A DNA stretch of 64,000 nucleotides from Bilabrum cf. latius (taxonomy: Eukaryota). The stretch is taken from assembly GCA_965178125.1 (NCBI GenBank), contig OZ237753.1, positions 930,001 to 994,000 of the forward strand. Direction: 5' to 3'. How positions within the stretch are numbered: position 1 is the stretch's first letter; every line of letters begins with the position of its first letter. The notes under the pieces are model-generated. The model was not told the DNA's origin. It saw only the letters and a list, made by a program, of their open reading frames with translations, and made no database searches. Positions 51,274 through 61,597 of the stretch are shown in pieces. The position numbers and the translations under genes were made by a program.

Positions 51274-52225
51274 ATGACCGCGACGAGACCATGCATAATA
51301 TTGAATCTACTTGCCATCTTGGCTGTCCGGGTTCGCTCGTAGGAGTGTAGGCTAACACAGGCAGGCTCGGCAACCGTGAGGATGCCGCCTATGCATCCAT
51401 CGGAATGGTCACCTGTCCAGCTACCAGGGCCACCCACACATTCCGCATTTGCTGTGCATTCCTCTCATGTGCGCAGCCGTCGCCGCCTCTGGTGCAGTGC
51501 TACCTCTATAACAGCGACTCGTGTTGCGTGGCTGGCCATGATGCCTAGATTCGCGAATGTCAGTGCCAGCTCCCGCACTTCATCGGCCTACTGTAGTTCG
51601 TGCGTTGTATTCCCTCGCAACTTTCATCCGACGACCCCATTTTTTCATTCTCCTGCCCGTAGAGTACGAGTCAATCCTCCCGCAAAGCTGCGTGCGAGAG
51701 TTCAGCTACTTTGAAAGGTACTATTGCGCTGCGTGCGACCCCAACAGCCCAGATTTTATCGACTAGACAAATCAGAGGATTTACGTTTGCAACAGTTTCG
51801 CTGCATCGATTCTCGGGGAGAACCTGGATAATTTTGACCGATGCGGCCTCTTCGTCGATGGGGGCGTACGTGAGACAGTTGCGCAGTACCTCGCACTTGC
51901 TACTGGTTTCATATGAAAGCGCATACAATTGTCCAGTCTAACCCCCCTACGTTCCGCTGCACTCTGCCGCATTCTCATTGCAGTGCTTCCAGGAGTTGCG
52001 TCAAGCACGTTCCGGAACTAGACTCAGTTCTTCAACTACAGGGACTCAGGCGGGGCATACCCATTTCGTCCACCGTTCTATAAGGACTACTAGGTTGAGA
52101 TTGTCTTGGACGACACGAGGGCGTGCTTCAGTGGCTCTGGGCGAGGTGCAACACTTGCACTAAGCGGAGCTGTTGGGGCGGTGCTGTTTGTTCTGGCTTC
52201 TTTGATGTAGCGACCTGAACTCTAA
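51274..52225 (+). CDS. Secreted or GPI-anchored Cys-rich protein, folate-receptor-family-like
   Basis: Signal peptide, CYLYNSDSCCVAGHD, YCAACDP, IYVCNSFA, FDRCG, hydrophobic C-terminus. Introns 51376-51476, 51559-51662 and 51870-51983; six to seven TAGs; ends TAA. Confidence 0.65.
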
Positions 52226-52406
52226 GTTTTTTCTTGTAATTCTACAAGTGAACGATTGCATGCATACATATACGCGCTCGCGCACGGACCCATCCGAGCA
52301 TTTGCTTCGTGACGAGCGAGCTTCAGAATGGAGTTTGCATGCATGCAAGCGCACAATCACAGCACACGTTTCGCTTATAAGTTCAGTGTAAACTTGGGCT
52401 GCTCAG

Positions 52407-53741
52407 ATGGCAGCAGTAGCCGGTAGCGCACCAAGTGACCGGAGTGCTAGCCGTGATGCGGCCGTCGAACACTTGCTCGCTTCCAGTACGACTCCTCCAG
52501 CTGAGGTTATCAAGCGGATTGAGGCATAGCTTGTCGGGTACACTGAGACCTTATTATCAGGAAGAGACCCATCTATAGTACTGCATTCAGATCGCCCAGA
52601 CGAAGTCTCGTTGCCAGGCGCTCGGACATTGGAGCTGTCATCCAAGCGAGGTGCACAGCGACACGCATCCATCTGGCTGATCTGGGCCCAAACATACGAG
52701 TTACTTCGACAGAACAAATCCTGCACCCTGCGTGAACTGTACTACAACAACGCGACCGTGTTCAAGTCTCAGGCAGAAGCCAACGCGGCCGTCATCGACT
52801 CGTGCCTGTCGTTGGGCGGCATATCTAGGCATTCCCTTGGGATATTTCCCAGCGTAAAGGGCCTGGTCGCCGGGAGCATCTTTGTTGAGCCTAGTGTTCT
52901 TGGCATCTCCTCAGCATCTTTGACTGAACACGTCGGGATGCCATCTCCAGCTGTCACCGACACGGCGGCTGCTGTTGGCGCAGCGGCATCACCGCGAGCT
53001 CCGTCGAGTGCGGCAGCAACTGGCCCTTCGTAGGACAGACCGGGCGCTCCAGCAAGCAGCTCCTAGTACATTGACCTTGCGGCTAGGACGACAGGTGTTC
53101 GCATCCCCTTTCGCGCGACGCAGGAGCTGACCCCCATCGTACCGCACAGAGCCGCCGAGTTCATCCTAGTTGTGGAGAAGGAGGGCATCTTCGAGCGGCT
53201 CCTGGAAGACGGATTCCCAAAGAAACACCCCTGCGTGCTCATCACCGGCAAGGGGTTCCCTGACCTCCCGACGCGGGCGCTCGTGTGGCAGCTGCACATG
53301 CGGTTCGCACTGCCAGTGTACGGGCTGGCCGACTACAACCCCTACGGGGCCGCCATCATGCTCGCCTACTGCGACCTGCCCGAGAGCGCCAGTGGGGATC
53401 CAAAGCCCGCTGGCCGACGAGTCGGCAGCGCGGGGGCGTCCGTGGGTACCAAGTTCACCGTGCCCGTGCGGTGGCTGGGCATGTTCGACCGGGATGTGGA
53501 GGCGCTGCCTGACTCGGTGCTGCAGGAGATGAGCAGCAGGGACACCAGCAGGGCGGAGGGGCTGATACGAGACCACCCCGACCTCCCAGAGCTGTGCGAG
53601 GAGGTGCAGCTGATGGTGGACGGGGGCTACAAGGCCGAGATCGAGGCGCTGCACGCCCACGGGCTGGGGCACCTCACCGAGACCTTCCTGCCGGAGCGAG
53701 TGGGCGACGCGAGCAAGTGGATCCTCCTCGCCAGGGATTGA
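52407..53741 (+). CDS. SPO11: Spo11 / topoisomerase VI subunit A, probably meiotic Spo11-2 type
   Basis: TLRELYY (catalytic Tyr), KGLVAG, VVEKEGIFERL, ITGKGFPDLPTR, DYNPYG, KAEIEAL. TAG at 52527, 53031 and 53064; ends TGA. Confidence 0.9.
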
Positions 53742-53805
53742 TGTTTTGAGTTGCACCAGAGATGATGCCTAGCTTCGCTCCCACGGCCAAGAATGTGTTC
53801 CCCCT

Positions 53806-56800
53806 TCACTGCCTGCCCTCTCCCGACCCCTCCTCGCGCGATATTGTCCACTCTCGCATGGCACGGTACAGCTCCACCCCCCTGAGCCGCTCTCCCACGT
53901 GTCGCGCGTGCACTAGCTCACGCAACCTCCTGCTCCTCAGGGGAGCGCCCTCCAGTGCCCCCCACAGCGGCTCCTCGATCCCAGACGCGCCCTCCAGAAC
54001 TGCCGCCGCGCCTTCTACGTCCAGCGGCCATGCGCCGTCCCTGTCACTGCCACTGTCCCTATTTGGTACAATGTACCCGCTTTGCGCAGAAGACGGCTGG
54101 TTCCAGGCAGCGAGCACTCGCTGCAGTCGCCCCGAGTGCAGCTGGCCCTGTCCGCCCAGCCCAGGTGAGACCCCCGAGTGCACAGAGTCCAGCATGGCAT
54201 CCAGCCAAACAGCTGCATCCTCCGCATGCCCTCCAGCCAGCCCGCCGGACAGCATGACTCTGTGCCGGACCCTGCTTCCCCCTAGCTGCTGCAGCATGGC
54301 CAGCATGTCAGGGCTCGCACCCAGCAGCGGGGTTGAAGGCGCGAGCGGAGCCATCTTGCGGGAGGCAGTCGGCTTGCTGGCTGCGATCATCGACGCATCC
54401 TGCAGCAGCAACAGTGCATCAGCTGCATCTGCAGCGCAGGGGGTACCATCTCCACCCGTGTGCAGCAGCAGCAACCTCCGCAGCTGTGCTACCTGCCACG
54501 CCGCTCTCAGTTGGTCAGCGGCTGCACCGTGGAGAGACAGGCCATCGGGACCTAGCTATATGCGCGCAGCGTGCTCCTGAACCACCGCCTAGGCAGCATC
54601 AAGCAAATGCTCTAGCTCACCAGCGCCTTGATCTTGATCGCCCCAATCTTTTGCCAGCACGATTGACTGGCCCACGGCGCGCCAAGTGGCCGACACGGCA
54701 CGATGGGCGTCGACAGGCGCTTCGTCTGCCAGCATTGCCTCTGCCGCCTATACAACGGCGGTCTATTCCCTTGTGAGCTGCTCGACGCTCGGACTCTCGT
54801 TGCTTCGACCGGGTGCCCCCAGCACGGCGCGGATACTGGACGCTGCTGCCTCTTCCAGCCCATCCAGTCGGCTGGCGACATCGGGCCGCGCGCTAGGCAC
54901 GCCCGCGAAAGTGGGCTGCCCGTGTTGCTGGTCCAGTGGATTGTCACCGTCTAGGCCCTCCAGCAGATCGGAGTGGTCCCACGTCTCCTCCCATCCTGGC
55001 GCGCCACCATCGGTCTGGCCGTCGCCCTGCAGTGCTCCAGCGACTGGTGCTGATGCACGAGCCAATGGCAGCTGCCAGGCAGCCGGCACCCAGACCCCGA
55101 GCTCTCCCAGCAGCACGTCCATCCGAGGAGGGAGAGACCATTGCGCCGCGCCATCGTCCCCAATGTTCATGCCTGCGATGCACTCGCCCAGCCCGCGGCA
55201 GTACTCATCCTGCAGGAGCCCGTGGGCAGTGCTTCCGGTCAGCAGACCCCTCGATGCCACCTCCTGTCGGATCTGCTCCGAGAGCCGCACTGCCATGGCG
55301 CGCTGACCTGCAGGGCACCACGGGCTCGCGCCCACGGCTAGCAGGTTGACGGCCACTCGAGCCAGCACCAGGCCAGCGCTCGACACACCATCCGCCAACC
55401 GCGCCTCCCCGGTCGTCTCGTTGGATGCGCCCGCCAATCCTCGTCGAGCTGCCACTGCAGCTACCACAGAGCTAGGGAACACAATAGCACCATGCCACGG
55501 GAGCTTCAAATCGCTCGGGGCCTCAATGGCACCCGCTCGAGCCGCGATCTCCACCGCATCGAGCACGTTCGTGCTCGTGTTCGTCAGGGTGGAGGCAGCC
55601 CCCAGCGCCCACCTGGCCGTGCCATCCACTGCCTCGATGCTTAGGTCAGCCCCTTGCCCCAAAATGACCCGCGCCTCTTCTGCCAGCAGCTCGTCCAGCC
55701 GCTGCAGCGCCGCACCCACTGCCAGCGCCACCGACAGGCGCGCCTCGTCGAGTGACAGAGGAACTGCAGCAGATTCGTCACCGCTAGCAGAGGCAGGACG
55801 GCCGTGGTCGCTACGCAGGTGCTCGTCACTCTCTGAGCCGTGGGGTTGCAGGGCTCGCCATGCTGAGGCGCATGCACGCAGGCACAGGCTGGCAGTGGTG
55901 CCGTTGCTCCCAGGCATCGCGGCTGCAATCACCGTGGCAAGCGGAGCCACGTGCCCCCAAGGGCTCTGCCCAGGGCCTGGGCTACCACTCGTTCTGCTAT
56001 CCCGAGTGGGTTCCAGCGACAGCTCCCGGCGGAGGGGACGCAGCTGCGAAGACACGCGCAGGAGGGCTGCACACGTGCGACCCATGGCCTGCAGCTGCCC
56101 ATGGCTCGCTCTAGTGCCGCGCTCCCCGTCCACCTGCTCAGCTGCCTCATCGTGCCGTGCCGTGGCACTACCATGCTCATGCTCATGCTCATGCTCATGA
56201 TCGTGATCATGCGAGAGGGCAGACCCTGAGCCCAGCGCGTGCATGAGGCTGATGGCCGTGTGTCGCACCTGCCACGCGGCCTCTCGCCACAGCTCAGGCA
56301 GTATCACTTCGTCTTTGTCTTCGTCTATGGCTTCCTCTTTGTCTGTTTCGTCCGCACTCGTGAATGCATCTGCATGCACACCACGCTCACCTTCGTCCCC
56401 ACTCTCACTTTCCTCTTCCTCCTCCTGCTCCTCCTCCCCGTGCATCACCCCCAGCACCTCGATGGCCCGCAGCACAGCCAAGGGACCCAGCGGCCGGTCC
56501 ACGTCATCCAGCGGCCGCGCTACCCGCATACAAGCCCCCGCCACCGCCTCCAGCCTCGGGTCGATCCTCAGCAGGCTGCCAGCCATGAGGAGCACCCTCT
56601 CCCTCGAGAGAGGCCCGGGGAGGCCCGTGGGCTTGGGGCCTCGGAGGGCGGACTGGTCAAGGGATGCTCGCTGGGGTGGGAGGGGCGGTGGCCCGGGGAG
56701 GCCGCGCTCGTGCCTGAGGCTGCGGGATGCCTTCAGCACGCGGCTCTCCACGCGGTCCATGTCGCCGTGCTGCTTCAGGTTGCCGTCCAGCAGGGCCTTG

Positions 56801-57570
56801 ACGGCGCCGCGCATTAACCTGCGGAACTCGGGGTCTTCGCCGTACAGCAGAGCAAGCCCCCCGCGTGTGGCAGCGCCGTAGGGCGGAGGCCAGCTGTTCG
56901 GTCCCTGTTGCGATGCCGCAGTAGACCCTGCCCCCTGCTGTGCGTGCGCCAGCATGAGCCTGTGCGCCTGCTGCCGACGGGCGACCGACGGGGAGGAGGC
57001 CAGCTGAGCCAACCGATTGCAGGCCTGCTCATACAGTCCAAGGGTAAATGCCTACCGATAGCGGGCATGGATTGCAAGGAGAGACTCGATCGAGCGGGCG
57101 AAACGGAGCCGCTTGCCGATGTGAGCTGCCTCCGATTGTTCGGCTTGCTGCGATAGCGACGATTGCCTCTACGTATCGTCCCTCCGCAACTTTCGTCGAA
57201 CGGCAGACAGCTAATTCATTTCTTGCGGGGTCAACGCAACAAGCCTTGAGCCACGAGACTGAGCAGCGGGTTCGATCTGGTTGTCGGTAGCACCCCGGCC
57301 AGCAACGCGACGGCCTAGCGGCGCCTTTGCAACGTTCTAACCGGAAAATTCCGTAACATGCACGATATCCGAGGATGTAGCAGGCTTGCGAGGTTCCAAT
57401 TTTGGCGTACCGACCCTCGGTCGATTGGGATCGCGCAGTTTCGCTAGCCTTGCACGCTTCTTCTGGAATGCCTAGGCCGCTTGGGAGGTGGCAATGAACC
57501 GACGGGGGCGCTCCAGCTGCATTTGGCCGACAGCAAGAATCTCTCGTATAATATTAGCGCGGCGATTCAT
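53806..57570 (-). CDS. Large hypothetical alpha-helical protein with possible mitochondrial targeting peptide
   Basis: Single frame of about 1250 codons from ATG 57570 to TGA 53806 when about nine TAGs are read through; basic N-terminus MNRRANIIREIL. Confidence 0.6.
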
Positions 57571-57925
57571 ACTGGATGTTGTTTAATCGGTGAAGACTGG
57601 GACATTTTGTTCAAGTGGAGGAACTGAGTTCGGAATCATAAGTGAATTGTCCGCAGTTGCTGGCCAGGACCCATCAGGCCACGGTGGCAGTACCAAGCTG
57701 GCACGGCCACCGTGGTTCGATGTGTGCGCAGCGCGCACGGTTTGATCCGCGCTGCCGGTATGGCCGCGGCGCCGCGAAGAATCTATGCATGCCTGGCGTA
57801 CACCAACGGTGGCTCGCAGCCACCAGCTGTGCCTCAGCAGCGCCACATTCGGACGGCGTTCGTGCAGCTCCCTGCCAGTGGTGAGCTGATGCAGCCCAAA
57901 ATGGCTCTCACTACTAGGTGCACAA

Positions 57926-58531
57926 TCACCTGCTCCCGCTTCGGCCCTTCCGCTTCAACAACGATCCGGCCGCCCCACCGGGTGAACGGCTTTTCGCCGC
58001 CTAGCTATCGTCTGCATCCCCCTGTTCCACGTCACTGCTACTCTCTGAATCATCGTTGCCAGATTTCCGAGGTTCTCCACGCTTCTTTGCATTCCCGAAT
58101 TGCTCATCCCAGTCCAAGAACCGCCTCTTCAGCGAAGGGGTAAGCATCATGCATGCCTCTTCCTGGCTTAGTATCCCAAATAACAAGTAGCGATTACCTC
58201 CGACGATATCATACACAAAATCACGGATCACTTGCGGGACCAGGAACGCGATGCTAGCTAGAAACCCAAGAACGCCTCCTAGGACGACTGCCATTCTAAG
58301 AATCGCAGTGGAGTGCGTGTAAACATTACCCTCATCGACAAACACAACCGATCGGAGCTTGTCTGCATCTGATATGTTGCCAGCCTTTAGGAATGGCTTC
58401 GCAAAGTTCGATTGCAAGGATGCAAAGCATATCTTCTAATCTGGATCATTTGCCACGGTGAACTTCACGGTATGCGCACAAAGATTACAAACACCATCAT
58501 ATAGAAGTATATGCTTCGGGCTTGGATCCAT
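57926..58531 (-). CDS. DCC1/DUF393 family thiol-disulfide oxidoreductase
   Basis: LLYDGVCNLC, FASLQS, RDFVYDIVGGNRYLLFG, RRFLD. TAG at 58436 and 58001; TGA 57926. Confidence 0.88.
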
Positions 58532-58683
58532 ACTGTGATGGAGGGCTCCGGTGACCGGTCAAGAGTTGCGTCACTGCTTCCGGTTTTGTTGTTCAAAGAT
58601 AAGGTTGCAACCGGTTGCTTGCGGCCCGTTGGCGCTTTCAAGGAGCCACACAGTTCCCTTGAAAAGAGACGTTCAGAATACTA

Positions 58684-60402
58684 TGGAACTAATTTCAAGA
58701 ATAGAAGCAGTGAAGCTGCTTCGTCGGCAGAGACAGCTTGAAATGAAGCAGTTGGAGTCGCCGTCGTACCTTGCACTGGTGAGAGAGCGCGAGCCTAAGA
58801 TCTCCTTACCGTACCATGTCGAAGCCTGTTGCTTCTGACGTTACGCCTCCAGCACTATAAAAGCTACAATAATACAATACATGTATTGCAGGAAGCTGGT
58901 GCGACCACCGTGGTCAAGTCCTAGCGCACTGCAGCGCAACTTCACGAGGCCATTACAACCAATCCCATGGAGCGGCCTGCAGTAAAAGAGATCATGCGCA
59001 GACTCGATATTGCAAAAAGATGGGTCTATAAGGAGGTTATTAGCGCAAGCATGCAGCATAGCTCTACGCCTGGATCCCATTTGCCAGATACGGACGCGAT
59101 GGAGACGCTTGCCGAACCAAGCGCCACAACCGTGACAAAGATTTAGTTTCTGGAGCAGCAACTGGAAGAACTGAAACGATTGATGGAATTGCAAACGGAA
59201 GAGGCTAGGGGCGCAGGACAGGGCGCAGCCGATGAGCCCTTGGAGGACATGTCAGTGTCGGAGTGCGACGAGGAGGAGCAGGACGAGGACAGCGAATGCG
59301 GTGGGGAGGAGGCAAGCATCTCGGCCAGCTCAGACGGGGAAGGGGGGCACATCAGATCCTATGGGGACGGGGCAGGCGGGGCACCCCTGGCTTTCTGCCA
59401 ATCGAAGCCACTGGCACTGGCAGCGACACAGAACCAGGGATGTAGTACGCCACCACAGCAGCGGCAGGAGGATCAACTTCAAGCTGCTCACTAGCCGCCC
59501 GACAGCGAGACACTGGCAAACCGCGGCGTGCCTCGGCACTCGCCCGGGCACAGGGCGGCTGCCGGAGCGGCAGCTGCGGCGGCTGCCCGCCGGCTCGGGG
59601 GCGCTGGGGTTGCGATGGGCATCGGGTCTGGCATGCGCAGGCGCAGCTCCATGCGGCCGTCTGTGGCCCGCCGCTCCATGGGCATGGGCATGGGCATGGG
59701 AGCAGCAGCACCAGGAGCTGCAGGCGCCGCCACTCAGGGCCGGCAGGGCGGGCGGCAGAGGCAGAGCGGATGGGCGTCGTCTTCGGTTGCAACCGGCAAG
59801 TCGTCTCGAAGCGGGGGGTCCAGGGCGGGGGCGTCGGCCGGTGGGGCGGCCCGTCGGCCGGACATGACCTCTTTGGTTGCGCAGGCGTTCGCCACGGTGC
59901 AGCTGAAGAAGGTGGGCAAAGAGGCGCGGGCCAGCGGCAAGCAGGGAGGCAGGGGCACGGGCAGGGGCAGGGGCAAAGGGGCAGGGGCTGGAGGTGCATT
60001 GCGCGGTGGTGCCTCCAAGGGCGGGCTAGAAGGGGCGCTCAAGAACGCGCTCGCTTCTAGGTTCCGTCACATGGCGGGCGCGGCCCCGGTGGCCCGCCGC
60101 GAGAGCATCGCGTCTTCCGTGGACACATCCTCGCCCTTCAGCGAGTGCTCGGATGATTCCGCGGCACCGCGCATGCCCTTGTTCCGCAGGGGCGGGCCCG
60201 CACCCGCGACGGCTGGAGGATCAGCCCCTGCCCGCAGGTCGTTGTTGTCCAGGGCACAGTCTTCCAGCGTGCTGCTCCCCACGGCGGCGGACGCAGACGA
60301 CCAGGAGAAGCACTCAGGCGACCAGGAGAAGGACGCAGACGACCAGGAGAAGCACTCAGGCGACCAGGAGAAGGACGCAGACGACCAGGAGAAGCACTCA
60401 GG

Positions 60403-60436
<34 letters not shown>

Positions 60437-61183
60437 CACACCGATGCGTCTGCAAGCGGACCTGTATCTCCTGCGGGGGTCTCTGCTCTGGAGGCAGCCG
60501 TTAGAGCGGGGGAACAAAGGGGAGCTGGATTGCCACCGCAGACGCAGCCGGTGGCCAATGCACAGGCGGCCTGTTCGGCCCGACTGATGCCCCGCCCGAG
60601 GCCGAGGCCGAGGCCCGCTCCCGCTGCGGTGCCAGGAAGGCCAGGCAGGCCCGGGCCACCTGCTGCTTTTGCACCTGCGCGACCCGGTAGGCCAGGCAGG
60701 CCCGGGCCACCAGCTGCTTCAAACGGTGCTATGCCTGCGCGACCCGGGAGGCCGGGCAGGCCAGGGAGGCCGGGAAAACCTGGCCGGCCGGGTCCTGCAC
60801 CGTCTGCGGGCGCGGGTGGCGCAGGTGGGATGCCCATGCCCATGGGAGGGCTGCTTGCTGAGATTAGGGGGTTCGGCAAGGGCAAGGGTAAGGGCAAAGG
60901 GAAGGGCAAGGGCGGGCTCCGGCCGGCAGATGGCAACAAGGGGCCCGCCGGCAAGAGTGTTTCCGCAAGCGCGGCGCCGATGAGCCTCGCGGATGCGATC
61001 AAGGCCGCCGCCAGCAAGCGGAAGGGCAAGGGTAAAGGCAAGGGGCAGGCCGCAAAGCTGGCCGCGCTTGAGGCAAAGCGGACTTTGGGCTCTCCGGCAG
61101 CTGTTGCGTCGGGCGGGGGGATGGCGGCGCAGGCAGCCGCTTTCCGCGGCAAGCTTAGAAAGACTGGCCGCAAGCTGAGGTGA
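58684..61183 (+). CDS. Proline/glycine-rich protein with WH2-like motifs (putative actin regulator)
   Basis: Main exon approx. 58892-61183 is open through TAG 58922, 59144 and 59492. Motifs LLAEIRG..LRP, VQLKKVG, KLRKTG and (PGR)n tracts. 5' exon uncertain. Confidence 0.55.
60290..60403 (+). repeat. Coding tandem repeat, 42-bp unit (DADDQEKHSGDQEK), about 2.7 copies
   Basis: gacgcagacgaccaggagaagcactcaggcgaccaggagaag repeated. Confidence 0.85.
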
Positions 61184-61597
61184 GCGGAGCAATCCAATCG
61201 GGCTTGCAGGGTCCGTCTCTCCCCCGCGTATTTTGTCACAGTATCTAATGAGCTATGTAGTGAATACCCAAAACCACAAGTATGTTCAAGTGAAAATGCC
61301 CAAGTGCAGCGGAACTACTTCAAGGTCATCGCACCACCACCACCCCAACCAGAACGGATCTCCATCGGCGCAGCTGGCACCCGACACCAAACCGCCCCGC
61401 CCCCCCCGGCCCACCACGTAGACACCGCGCCCAGCACGCCTAGCCCTACATCCAAGACCGCGACGGTCCCGGCAAGGGCTTCAAGGCATGTGCTTTGAGC
61501 CAACGGGAGGCGAAGTGGGGGACCTGGCAGCAGGCACTGCCCCGAGCGAGAGCGAGATCGACACAGCCAGGCCGCCGTGACTTGCCCCTGGCAGCGC

